A DNA stretch of 64,000 bases from Zygnema circumcarinatum SAG 698-1b (lineage: Eukaryota; Plantae; Zygnematophyceae): the NCBI GenBank assembly GCA_037447605.1, contig CM074811.1, positions 1,612,001 through 1,676,000 of the forward strand, written 5' to 3'. Of this stretch, positions 47,961 to 60,889 are shown piece after piece. The notes under the pieces were generated by a model that worked only from the letters and a program-made list of their open reading frames with translations, searched no databases and was not told the DNA's origin. A program made the translations under genes and the position numbers. Position 1 is the stretch's first letter; every line of letters begins with the position of its first letter.

Positions 47961-50900
47961 ATGGTCTTTGCCATGTCTCTTAAGAGTTCTGTTCACTCTC
48001 TCTGCAACTCCATTGCAACTCCATTATTACTCCATTCTTCGCGCTTCGTCCTCTCGGGTAGAAGTAGAGTCCGGGAACAAATTCTGGGGGCATGTTTGCT
48101 AACATTGCCTCCCTCTTGGCCGCTTCAAGATCCTCTGAATCTTGCGCGTGTAGCGGGACCTTCTCCACTGAGTTCTCTTCTTCACCACTGGAGTGACTGT
48201 GAAGGGGAATCGTCTTCACTGAATTTTGCGGCTCCTCCGCATGCGCCTCCTCGGGCGTCACTCTAACATCAGCCGACTCGCTCGTTGCTGCCGCTGGCTT
48301 AGCTCCTTCATTCGTCGACGTGCTGGCATCCTGCACAGCACCACCCTTCTCTCCAACTGTCTCTCCCTCCTCGTACACGATCTCGAGGTCGGTCTTTGAC
48401 GGAGGTAAGATCTGAGAACACGCTCAACCGCACTATCTTCATCAACTGTAATGTCTCTCGTCTGGAGAACTTCTTTAAGTCGAGGGTTCCAAACCCTGTA
48501 GGTGCGGTTGCTGGTGTTGTAGACGAGCACGTAGCCCTCCACGGCTCGAGGGTCGAATTTCTTCTTCTGCTGCGCTTTGGGCAGTGCAGCCCAACATCGC
48601 GCGCCAAAGGTCCTCAGGTGGGAAACTGTAGGCTTCCTCCCACTCCACATCTGTTCAGGGACCCGGTTTTTCAAGACAGAAGATGGACATCTGTTCCTAA
48701 TGTAAGCAGCCGTAGAAACTACTTCTCCCCAAAAGGAAGTCGGAAAGGGGGAATCAATCAACATGGTCCTGGCCATGTCCCCCAATATCCTATTCACACG
48801 TTCAGCTGCTCCATTACTCTGTGGGGAATAGGGGGACTGAGAATTCATGCCTTATACCGCAGTTCTTCAGAAACGCTGCGAATTCTTTCGATTTGAACTC
48901 GCCACCATTGTCCGAACGAAAAGCCTTCAGCTTCTGTCCCGTCTCCTTCTCCGCCTGGTTCAACCAGTCTCGAAAGGCTCTGAAAGCCTCTGACTTGTTC
49001 TTCAGGAGCGTAATCCAAATCTTCCTCGAATAATCGTCAAGGAAGGTGACGAAGCACCGCGCTCCGCCACTGGTCGCCAGTGTAACAGGCCCGCACAAAT
49101 CGGAATGAACTAGCTCCAATCACTCCTTCGCTCGAAAGGACTCATCTCCACTTCTCACGAACGGTTTCCTGTGCGCCTTGCCCTCCACACATTCTCGGCA
49201 AACACCCAGCTTCTTCTCCACTATAGTCGGGTCTAGCCCACGGACTAACCCCTTTTCAGCCAACACCTTCATGCCTCTGTGGTGTAAGTGACCAAGTCTA
49301 CGATGCCATACTTCTACAGCATTCTCTGNNNNNNNNNNCTTTTTCATTGATGACTGAGCCGTCTTCGAGGACCATCCTCACGGCTCCACCTCTTGTCACG
49401 GTGACTCCTTCACCAGTTGCTGAATGGACTGAGTTTGTCTTCTCCACGTTGTCGAGCTTGGAGAACATCGATGTGTCCCTGCACATGTGTGTGGATGCGC
49501 CGGAGTCAATTAGCCACAGCCGCTTCAGGTCCTCTGCCTGAATCCTTCCCACAAAATCGTGCTCAGTATTCTCTGCCAGTATGAGGTTGCTTTCAACTGC
49601 TACCTTACAGTCTGAACTCTTGTGACCTCTCTTCTTGCACTTGAAACAAGTGCCGTTGAACACCTTCTTCTCTTTCTTGCCGGATGAAGTCGCGTTTCCT
49701 CCCTTCTCAAGACTGCCTTTGTTTTTGAAACAGTCGCTAGAATAGTGGCCGGTCTTGCCACATGTGTAGCATGTCACATTCGAGCGCTCTCCTCGGGCAG
49801 ACTTTGGGGCGCCTCCTCCTCTTCGATTCGGTCGAGTGTGCAACGCAAGCACCTTCTCCTCTTGGCTGCCGACATCCTGAATCGAATCCTCCTCTTTTAT
49901 CCTACGCTTAGCTTGTTCAAGCGTCATAGAGGTATTGGTCAGAACTGTCCTCAAGGCTGCCACTGAAACTTCGAATCTCCTGGGCAAACCCCCTAGAAAC
50001 TGGCTTATCTTATGGTCTGCATCTAATGGTTTCCTTAAGGCTATGAACCTTTCCATCAATGCATCAAATCTGACCATATAAGCTTCTAATTTCTCCTCTG
50101 AAGTCATCGTCATTTTGCCTAGATGTGTGTAAAGACTGACGATCCTCACATTGTCTTTCACATCATACATCTCTTCTAGACACTTCCACATAGCATGAGA
50201 GGTTTTCAGATCATACAGCATAGAGGATGGACTTCCTCTTACGCTCATTACAATCTGCGTCAGAGCTTTGTTGTCCTTGATCTTCCATCGAGCGAGCGCC
50301 ACATCGTGCTCCGACTGCTGCTCCGCTGAGGCTCCAACTGGTAACTCTGGCGCCTTGATGCTGCCATCAACATACCCAAGCAACCCTTTGCCCACAAACA
50401 AAGGCACCAACCTCCATCTCCATGCTTTGTAATCCTGCCCATCAAACGCCGGTATGCTGAACTTGACGTGGTCCTCCGCGTCACCATGAGCTCTGATACC
50501 ACTTGTCGATGCAGGGACTCCTCCATTGCCTCCAACTTCTCCACTCGCATCACCCTCCATCGGAGTTTGCGTTCCGATTGATGACGACATTTCCAAACTC
50601 TCTCTCACATTCACTCATAGCCTATTTTACTCACAGAGTGAACCTCACAGGATAATGCACAGCGGAATAACAAAGAGAAAGGATAGGAGAAAGCTCACAA
50701 CTCTAAAACTCCTTAATAATAAAACTTATCAACACAAATAAGAGACCCCCTCTCAAATCGCCCAATAAACTCAAAAGCCCACTACCTCGCAGCACAAGTA
50801 AGTGTAATGTTCAGCAACACAAGCATCAGCTTCTCAGAGTCTACAATAGCTACGTTGATAATCCAGAAGTTATCTACCATACAAAACAACACACTAAATA

Positions 50901-52079
50901 TTATGTCTCAACATCCGTGTCACTACCATGCTACAAAACTCACAACATCGACTAGCGGCCCGCAAGGGCCCTATCCCGATCCTCATCCTGCACCGTCAAA
51001 TCCGTCAACTCGCACGGATCCCATACATCGCCTTTGTCAGATCCGACTCGACCTCTAAGCTAATCCACGTCTTGCGCCATAGGATCTGACCCCGCCTCCA
51101 AGATAGATGACGCGTCAATCTTCGCGTCATCGCATGTGTTGAAGCAGGGGTTTGCTCCCCACTTCCGGCGCCACCTCGGGTGTCGCCCTCCATTGGAACT
51201 TGAGTTCCCACGGATGAAGACATTCAAACACTCAAAGCTCTATCTTACTTCACTCATCGCCCATAACAACAAAATGAAGCTACAAGACAAGCACAGCGGA
51301 AATCACAATGGGAGAGTGTTAGGAGAAAGCTCACGGCTCTAAAACTCCTTATAATAAAACTGTCTTCCCACAATGAAGTTCTCCCACTACTTCAAGGTCC
51401 CTCTCACTCACTACCTCACGACACAAGTGTAGGCAGCCTAGCAGCACGAGCAGGCACAGAATAAGACCCGAGACTATGACAGAGTAGTGTGGGTGGGTTA
51501 CTTCCCATAATAAAACTATGCACTATATAATATGGNNNNNNNNNNCGCCGCGTCCAATCAGCGCCGCTCGTTCGTACTCCGCGCACTCGCGGCGCACTCA
51601 CCTGAGTCAGAGCACCGACATTCCTAAATCTAAGAGCACTACGCCTAGCAGTTCTTATGTTCTACAAACTGAGTACCACAACAAGTTAGTGTGTGCCATA
51701 CAATGTCTAACTATCATACACTAACACTAACAGCATGCCACCGACATTCGACGCAGCTCCATACAATGTTGAATTGTACGCCGACATTTTGACGTCGCAT
51801 CGCGTCAAGTCCGAATCGTCCAATCCAAAGGTTGACATCGTGCCGCGTCAGTTTCAATTCGCGCGCAAATTCACGTGTCACATCACATCATCATTTCGCT
51901 CCGCGTCCACGTCCACTCCACGTCACATTTTGATTCGTCGCATCACGCCTCGTCACTTTTGACTCCGCCGCGCTGCGCCTCTTCCACCAACCAAATGTCC
52001 GTACTCCCGCCTACAACTTAGGCGCACACCGCCGCCAAGGAAACACACAATACAAAACTGCAAAACTAATGTTCGAACA
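47961..52079 (-). mobile_element. Copia element, 3'-truncated (5' LTR, PBS, Gag with two knuckles, protease, integrase; no RT/RH)
   Basis: PBS TGGTATCAGAGC at 50490-50501; CYTCGKTGHYSSDC, CFKCKKRGHKSSDC, WLIDSGASTHMC, WHRRLGH, VHSDLCGP, SDNGGEF, QSNGAAERVNR; probable LTR start TGTTCGAACA at 52079. Confidence 0.85.
51137..51732 (-). mobile_element. Solo LTR (or element collapsed in the gap) inserted in the LTR of the preceding Copia
   Basis: TGTTAG...CAACA ends; 5-bp TSD GCATG at 51132-51136 and 51733-51737; contains a 10-N gap. Confidence 0.7.
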
Positions 52080-55000
52080 AAATCATGCTAGCTATCATAC
52101 ACTAATAGAGGCTAAACTCTCGAAAAACGACAAGTTCAAAATCTCCTATGAATTGGACAGTGACGATTCAGTGGTGCGAGAAGACGAACCGAACAACGGA
52201 GATGCGCTAGCGGAAACTACGTCACCAACTCATTTTGAATCGGACGGTGGCGTTGCGCCTGGCGGCGCGGCATCACCAAATCAGTCGGAATCAACGGCGA
52301 TTGATTCACCGACACTTCCAACTGGTCACAATGACGTGGCACAACGCGAGAGGTCGTTAAGTGACATTTTTGAGTCTCTCGACTGACTACCAGTCAAACG
52401 ACTGACTGTACCTTCTCCCTTATCATCTTTTGTACCTGTAACGACAAGAGTGCCGCTAACTAGAGTGGCCGTACAGCAGGAGGGAGTTCGCCTCCGAAGG
52501 CCGAACAGGCGCTACCACCCTTTAGAGTGGGAGGTAAACAGAGCAAGCGGATAGAGGATGCCAACCGACTCAGCCGACTTTGCCGTCGTCGTTGAAGTCT
52601 TGATGACCACTATCGGTGAACCCCAAACCCTTTCTGAAGCTGTAGAAGGGGCAAATGCTGACAAATGGGGAGTAGCCATTGAGAGTGAGCTAGATAGCCT
52701 TAAGGAAAACAAGACTTGGCGGCTGGTAGAGTTGCCAAAGGGGAGGAAGGCAATAGGGTGCAAGTGGATTTTTAAAGTAAAAAGGAAATCAGATGGGAGC
52801 ATTGATAGATACAAGGCTAGGTTAGTAGTAAAAGGGTTCAGCCAGCAATATGGGCTTGACTACTTAGAAACTTTTGCTCCAGTAGTCAAGTTTAGCTCCT
52901 TCAGATCTCGTATATTTTGCACCAGCGGAAAAGATGCATGTTCACCAATTTGATATAAAGACAACGTTTTTATATGGAGAGCTGGAAGAGGAGATCTTCA
53001 TGGACCAGCCGGAAGGAACAGTGAAGAAGGGAGAAGAACATCTAGTATGCAAGCTTGTGAAAAGCTTGTATGGGCTGAAATAAGCCCCTCGCATCTGATA
53101 TGGAAAAATCGACAGCCTCATGAGAGAAAATGGCTTCATTAAATTTGAAACGGATGCTTCAGTTTACAAGAAGGGAGAAGGAGCTGCATTGATGTATGTA
53201 GGGATCTATGTAGATGATCTTATCATCATCAGTCTGTCAATGGGGAGCATTCAGAGTCTGAAGGAGCTTCTGAAGACCAACTTTTAGATGAGTGATTTGG
53301 GAGAAGTTGAGTACTTGCTGGGCATTCAGCTTAAGAGGGGGCATGAAGGTAACTTATTCCTTTGCCAAGAGAAGTATGCCAAGGATGTGCTAATCAGATT
53401 CAGCATGCAGGATTGCCATCCTGTTACCTGCCCCATGGACCCTTATGTCCATCTCTCCCATGATATGGCTCCTCAGACAAAGGAAGAGAAGAAGCATATG
53501 GACAGAGTTCCGTACAGGTCAGCCATTGGTAGTCTGATGTACCTACAGGTTGGAACACGACCTGACTTGGCTAAGGCAGTCAGTATGGTCTCACGATACA
53601 TGCAGAATCCTGGCTCGGAACATTGGGAGGCAGTTAAGCAAATCTTTCGCTATGTGAAGGAGACGTCACAGTTCGACATTAATTTTGACAGTGGAGTTGA
53701 GACTCGGGTGTACGGATACACTGATTCGGATTGGGGCGGCGACGTCGATACGTCCAAATCAACATTTGGATACGCTTTTGTCAACGCAGGAGGTGTGTTG
53801 ACGTGGAGCTCGAATCTTCAAGCAACGATTGCGCTATCGAGTATGGAGGCAGAGTACATTGCGGCATGCCATGCAAGCAAGGAAGCGATCTGGCTTCAAA
53901 ATTTCTTTGCTGAGTGCGAACGTCCCCAAATCCCGGTACAGATCCTTACTGATAACCAATCATCAATTGTGTTGGTATAGAATCCGGTGTTTCATAAAAG
54001 ATCGAAACATATTCGGTTGTAGTATCATTATGTCAGAAAATAGGTAGAGGATGGCCTAGTGACCGTTGGATTTGTCGACACGAAAGATCAGGCAGCTAAT
54101 ATGTTAACCAAGGGAACGAACAATGAGATCGTTTGGAGGAACAGTATTCTTATCGGAGTAGGACCTTTTCGTGGCTAGGATCGAGAGGGGGAATGATGTG
54201 TACAATAGGGGTATAGCCCCGAACAGTACACCGTACGGTCCTTAGCCGTTGTCATAGGTCCTTAGGAGATTTAGTCTGAGCGTGGACCGATCGACAATCT
54301 TTGTCTCTTAGTGAGAACACGTAGGACTAGTCCTTTGGCCACATGGCGAGCGGCTATAGGTCGCGTCGACACAGGAAATATTTAGAGTCGTTTAAGGATA
54401 GTTGTGACACATGGCGCGCAGTGATAGGTTGCGTGAACAGCTTAGTATTGCTTATTGTTTCTTGCGGTCAACCGTACATTTGTCCGGCGTACGGATGGAT
54501 GCTGGAGTGGTGCGCGCATTGTCGAGGAAGCTTCTCAAAGGAAGGCAAGTCGGAGGAGGAAACTTTTCTATACGGACACTCTCCTTCCTGGCCATGGCGA
54601 CCCTGAGGGAGAATTACCGCTCAGTGAGAGGCGAGCGCCAGGAGACGTGGAGCGTCGCCAACGACATGGAGGTGCACGGTGCGGTGGAGCGCGACAACGT
54701 GCGGTGCAGCGTAGTGGCGAGCAATGGCACGCAGTAGATCGTGGAGTACTGCAGTGCTTAGTACTTNNNNNNNNNNAACCGACTCAGCCGACTTTGCCGT
54801 CGTCGTTGAAGTCTTGATGACCACTATCGGTGAACCCCAAACCCTTTCTGAAGCTGTAGAAGGGGCAAATGCTGACAAATGGGGAGTAGCCATTGAGAGT
54901 GAGCTAGATAGCCTTAAGGAAAACAAGACTTGGCGGCTGGTAGAGTTGCCAAAGGGGAGGAAGGCAATAGGGTGCAAGTGGATTTTTAAAGTAAAAAGGA

Positions 55001-57326
55001 AATCAGATGGGAGCATTGATAGATACAAGGCTAGGTTAGTAGTAAAAGGGTTCAGCCAGCAATATGGGCTTGACTACTTAGAAACTTTTGCTCCAGTAGT
55101 CAAGTTTAGCTCCTTCAGATCTCGTATATTTTGCACCAGCGGAAAAGATGCATGTTCACCAATTTGATATAAAGACAACGTTTTTATATGGAGAGCTGGA
55201 AGAGGAGATCTTCATGGACCAGCCGGAAGGAACAGTGAAGAAGGGAGAAGAACATCTAGTATGCAAGCTTGTGAAAAGCTTGTATGGGCTGAAATAAGCC
55301 CCTCGCATCTGATATGGAAAAATCGACAGCCTCATGAGAGAAAATGGCTTCATTAAATTTGAAACGGATGCTTCAGTTTACAAGAAGGGAGAAGGAGCTG
55401 CATTGATGTATGTAGGGATCTATGTAGATGATCTTATCATCATCAGTCTGTCAATGGGGAGCATTCAGAGTCTGAAGGAGCTTCTGAAGACCAACTTTTA
55501 GATGAGTGATTTGGGAGAAGTTGAGTACTTGCTGGGCATTCAGCTTAAGAGGGGGCATGAAGGTAACTTATTCCTTTGCCAAGAGAAGTATGCCAAGGAT
55601 GTGCTAATCAGATTCAGCATGCAGGATTGCCATCCTGTTACCTGCCCCATGGACCCTTATGTCCATCTCTCCCATGATATGGCTCCTCAGACAAAGGAAG
55701 AGAAGAAGCATATGGACAGAGTTCCGTACAGGTCAGCCATTGGTAGTCTGATGTACCTACAGGTTGGAACACGACCTGACTTGGCTAAGGCAGTCAGTAT
55801 GGTCTCACGATACATGCAGAATCCTGGCTCGGAACATTGGGAGGCAGTTAAGCAAATCTTTCGCTATGTGAAGGAGACGTCACAGTTCGACATTAATTTT
55901 GACAGTGGAGTTGAGACTCGGGTGTACGGATACACTGATTCGGATTGGGGCGGCGACGTCGATACGTCCAAATCAACATTTGGATACGCTTTTGTCAACG
56001 CAGGAGGTGTGTTGACGTGGAGCTCGAATCTTCAAGCAACGATTGCGCTATCGAGTATGGAGGCAGAGTACATTGCGGCATGCCATGCAAGCAAGGAAGC
56101 GATCTGGCTTCAAAATTTCTTTGCTGAGTGCGAACGTCCCCAAATCCCGGTACAGATCCTTACTGATAACCAATCATCAATTGTGTTGGTATAGAATCCG
56201 GTGTTTCATAAAAGATCGAAACATATTCGGTTGTAGTATCATTATGTCAGAAAATAGGTAGAGGATGGCCTAGTGACCGTTGGATTTGTCGACACGAAAG
56301 ATCAGGCAGCTAATATGTTAACCAAGGGAACGAACAATGAGATCGTTTGGAGGAACAGTATTCTTATCGGAGTAGGACCTTTTCGTGGCTAGGATCGAGA
56401 GGGGGAATGATGTGTACAATAGGGGTATAGCCCCGAACAGTACACCGTACGGTCCTTAGCCGTTGTCATAGGTCCTTAGGAGATTTAGTCTGAGCGTGGA
56501 CCGATCGACAATCTTTGTCTCTTAGTGAGAACACGTAGGACTAGTCCTTTGGCCACATGGCGAGCGGCTATAGGTCGCGTCGACACAGGAAATATTTAGA
56601 GTCGTTTAAGGATAGTTGTGACACATGGCGCGCAGTGATAGGTTGCGTGAACAGCTTAGTATTGCTTATTGTTTCTTGCGGTCAACCGTACATTTGTCCG
56701 GCGTACGGATGGATGCTGGAGTGGTGCGCGCATTGTCGAGGAAGCTTCTCAAAGGAAGGCAAGTCGGAGGAGGAAACTTTTCTATACGGACACTCTCCTT
56801 CCTGGCCATGGCGACCCTGAGGGAGAATTACCGCTCAGTGAGAGGCGAGCGCCAGGAGACGTGGAGCGTCGCCAACGACATGGAGGTGCACGGTGCGGTG
56901 GAGCGCGACAACGTGCGGTGCAGCGTAGTGGCGAGCAATGGCACGCAGTAGATCGTGGAGTACTGCAGTGCTTAGTACTTAAATAGAGTTAAGCTTAGGT
57001 GGTTGCAATCTTAAAACAGCTGCAGCTTAGCTCGTGTTGCTAAGTGCAGTTGCTTGGCTGTATGGGCGGAAGGGGTCGGGAGTTAGTCAGACTGAAGTTA
57101 AAGCCTGAGGGCTGAAACTCTTGCTTGTTACTTCCTTTACTTTATTAAGGAGTTTTGAGGCCGGTGGTGCTTTCTCCTTACATTCTCTTACAGTGCTTTT
57201 GCTTTTTTGATTTCAGTTATCTTTCAGTGTGTGCACTTGAGAGTTATTCTTGATTCAGTCCGCAAGCATGGCAGTGAATGAGGTGGGTAAGATAGACCGG
57301 GCTTTAATTAACAACAGTTTGTTACA
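52080..57326 (+). mobile_element. Copia 3' half (RT, RNase H, PPT, LTR), shown twice because of a gap-flanking duplication; many nonsense mutations
   Basis: KAIGCKWIFK..RYKARLVVKGF, IYVDDL, YTDSDW, EAEY; PPT GAGAGGGGGAA at 56397-56407; LTR ~56408-57326. Confidence 0.85.
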
Positions 57327-57327
57327 T

Positions 57328-57339
57328 TGGTATCAGAGC
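57328..57339 (+). promoter_or_regulatory. tRNA-iMet primer-binding site
   Basis: GTTACA-T-TGGTATCAGAGC directly after the LTR end (duplicate at 59452-59463). Confidence 0.85.
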
Positions 57340-57344
57340 CTAAG

Positions 57345-58460
57345 GGTAGGGCTTATTTTGCTCAGGGTGCCGGAATGGCTTTGCGTGAGCGTGCTTGTCC
57401 TGCCCGTCCTTTTGCAACCCCTTCTCCACCTCCCTCTTCTTCTACCCCAGTCCCTGCCTCTCGTAGGCCTTCCCTGCATTTGGGGCCTAGTCCGTCAGCT
57501 TGGGCCTATGCCCAATCTCTTGATGTCCTTGGATCTTTCTTTCTTGGGTCTCGTCGTCCTCGTCTTTATGCTCGTATCCTACAAGCCTTGCGTGTTTGTG
57601 TGCGTGATGCCTTGCACTTGTCCCTTGCTTGCCTTGTGGGTGATCCGTCTGATGTTGCTGCATGGCATCTCCTTCTTTTCTTCCCTCTTTGGGTTTTAGT
57701 CTTACCCTCTTGTGGTGGGGCTAATGCCATTCGTGAGACCCGTCGGCGGTGCATTCATTTTTCAGCGGGGGATTGGGAGCTTTTGCAGGCTGAGCATGCA
57801 GATCGGATTCGTGCCTTGTCTACATCGACCACTAGTCGTTTGCCTTCCTTTTCTGACGCCCCTGCCCGGCATCGTCGAGCAGTTCAGTTGGGTCGTTGTG
57901 GGGAGCTATCTCGTGCTGCCCAGGCTTTGCGTCTTTTCATGCCTGCTCCTGCGACCCTTGCTACTTTGGATAGCTTGCGCACTCTCCACCCTGTCGCCCC
58001 GGCGGCCCTCCCTTTCTTCATTGATACCTTTGAACCTGTTGATGCCTTTGTGTTGGATCGTGTCGCTTTTGCCTAGGCGGTCACCCGGTCTCCCCATTTG
58101 TCTGCACGGGGGCCATCGGGCATGGTTTATGAGTTATTTCGAGATGTCTTTTCTCCCGACACGGGCGAGGGTGGTTTTGATTTGTTCTTTCAGTTTGCTT
58201 CTATCATTGCTCAGGGTCGAGTCCCTGTATCTATTAGTCATCTCCTCACCTCTGCCCGCTTAGTAACTCTTGCTAAGCCTGTCGGAGGTGTTCGGCCCAT
58301 CGCTGTGGGGGAGGTTTTGTATCGTGTGGTTGCCCGTACTATGTGTTTGCAATTGCAGGGGGCTTTTCAGGATCACTTCTCCCCTTATCAGTTTGGTGTT
58401 GCGACCCCAGGGGGTTGTGAGGCTGTTGTTCATGGTATTCGAGCGACTCTTGACTTTCAA
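57345..58460 (+). pseudogene. N-terminal/RT fragment of a CRE-like non-LTR retrotransposon (duplicate at 59469-60584)
   Basis: GELSRAAQAL, SARGPSG, ARLVTLAKPVGGVRPIAVGEVLYRVVAR, PYQFGVATPGGCEAVVH; one in-frame TAG near 58076; breaks off before the catalytic DD motif. Confidence 0.75.
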
Positions 58461-58653
58461 CCGGTATTTGCAATCCACCCTAAAAACACCGTGATCTCTG
58501 AGCATGGTACGAGGAGGAACCCTTAGTGGCTTGAGGGTCTAAGGCCATGGCCAGGGTCCATGTGTTGAAGGAGCTTGAATGCTGCTCGTGAAAAACCTTG
58601 AGTGCGCTCGAGGACGAGCCCGATTTAGGTGAAAAGGAATATAACAAAACGCT

Positions 58654-58760
58654 ATACATAGGTTGTATGGCTTAGTACTTACATCCGCGGTTGCCTTTTA
58701 ATGGTAAAGCACTAAGGTGGTTACCGGGAGGTCCTGAGTTCAAACCCTGTTACGATAGGT
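58654..58760 (+). mobile_element. tRNA-derived SINE-like head (duplicate at 60778-60884; related 5' part at ~63597-63640)
   Basis: Box-A-like TGGCTTAGT / TGGTAAAGC and box-B-like GAGTTCAAACCC; shared AAACGCTATACAT.GGTTGTAT.GC.TAG with 63597. Confidence 0.35.
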
Positions 58761-60889
58761 GGTTTGTTATACAAAACCCTTGCCCATCACTACAAAACGC
58801 TGCATGAGGCTATCAAAGCACCCTATGTAGTCAGTCAACTTCTCATTTGAGCTCATTTTCATCTTCATCGTGTACAGGTGCATCACGGTGACACTATCTT
58901 TTGCATTGTACATGTCCTCCAAACACTTTCATATCTTATGTGAAACGCTGNNNNNNNNNNAGTGAGAGGCGAGCGCCAGGAGACGTGGAGCGTCGCCAAC
59001 GACATGGAGGTGCACGGTGCGGTGGAGCGCGACAACGTGCGGTGCAGCGTAGTGGCGAGCAATGGCACGCAGTAGATCGTGGAGTACTGCAGTGCTTAGT
59101 ACTTAAATAGAGTTAAGCTTAGGTGGTTGCAATCTTAAAACAGCTGCAGCTTAGCTCGTGTTGCTAAGTGCAGTTGCTTGGCTGTATGGGCGGAAGGGGT
59201 CGGGAGTTAGTCAGACTGAAGTTAAAGCCTGAGGGCTGAAACTCTTGCTTGTTACTTCCTTTACTTTATTAAGGAGTTTTGAGGCCGGTGGTGCTTTCTC
59301 CTTACATTCTCTTACAGTGCTTTTGCTTTTTTGATTTCAGTTATCTTTCAGTGTGTGCACTTGAGAGTTATTCTTGATTCAGTCCGCAAGCATGGCAGTG
59401 AATGAGGTGGGTAAGATAGACCGGGCTTTAATTAACAACAGTTTGTTACATTGGTATCAGAGCCTAAGGGTAGGGCTTATTTTGCTCAGGGTGCCGGAAT
59501 GGCTTTGCGTGAGCGTGCTTGTCCTGCCCGTCCTTTTGCAACCCCTTCTCCACCTCCCTCTTCTTCTACCCCAGTCCCTGCCTCTCGTAGGCCTTCCCTG
59601 CATTTGGGGCCTAGTCCGTCAGCTTGGGCCTATGCCCAATCTCTTGATGTCCTTGGATCTTTCTTTCTTGGGTCTCGTCGTCCTCGTCTTTATGCTCGTA
59701 TCCTACAAGCCTTGCGTGTTTGTGTGCGTGATGCCTTGCACTTGTCCCTTGCTTGCCTTGTGGGTGATCCGTCTGATGTTGCTGCATGGCATCTCCTTCT
59801 TTTCTTCCCTCTTTGGGTTTTAGTCTTACCCTCTTGTGGTGGGGCTAATGCCATTCGTGAGACCCGTCGGCGGTGCATTCATTTTTCAGCGGGGGATTGG
59901 GAGCTTTTGCAGGCTGAGCATGCAGATCGGATTCGTGCCTTGTCTACATCGACCACTAGTCGTTTGCCTTCCTTTTCTGACGCCCCTGCCCGGCATCGTC
60001 GAGCAGTTCAGTTGGGTCGTTGTGGGGAGCTATCTCGTGCTGCCCAGGCTTTGCGTCTTTTCATGCCTGCTCCTGCGACCCTTGCTACTTTGGATAGCTT
60101 GCGCACTCTCCACCCTGTCGCCCCGGCGGCCCTCCCTTTCTTCATTGATACCTTTGAACCTGTTGATGCCTTTGTGTTGGATCGTGTCGCTTTTGCCTAG
60201 GCGGTCACCCGGTCTCCCCATTTGTCTGCACGGGGGCCATCGGGCATGGTTTATGAGTTATTTCGAGATGTCTTTTCTCCCGACACGGGCGAGGGTGGTT
60301 TTGATTTGTTCTTTCAGTTTGCTTCTATCATTGCTCAGGGTCGAGTCCCTGTATCTATTAGTCATCTCCTCACCTCTGCCCGCTTAGTAACTCTTGCTAA
60401 GCCTGTCGGAGGTGTTCGGCCCATCGCTGTGGGGGAGGTTTTGTATCGTGTGGTTGCCCGTACTATGTGTTTGCAATTGCAGGGGGCTTTTCAGGATCAC
60501 TTCTCCCCTTATCAGTTTGGTGTTGCGACCCCAGGGGGTTGTGAGGCTGTTGTTCATGGTATTCGAGCGACTCTTGACTTTCAACCGGTATTTGCAATCC
60601 ACCCTAAAAACACCGTGATCTCTGAGCATGGTACGAGGAGGAACCCTTAGTGGCTTGAGGGTCTAAGGCCATGGCCAGGGTCCATGTGTTGAAGGAGCTT
60701 GAATGCTGCTCGTGAAAAACCTTGAGTGCGCTCGAGGACGAGCCCGATTTAGGTGAAAAGGAATATAACAAAACGCTATACATAGGTTGTATGGCTTAGT
60801 ACTTACATCCGCGGTTGCCTTTTAATGGTAAAGCACTAAGGTGGTTACCGGGAGGTCCTGAGTTCAAACCCTGTTACGATAGGTGGTTT

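Noticed and set aside
52900-54120. Non-standard genetic code (TAA/TAG = Gln, as in some ulvophytes)
   Set aside because: Host genes end at TAG, Trp codons are also hit (TGA), and other elements use CAA/CAG normally; mutation decay fits better.
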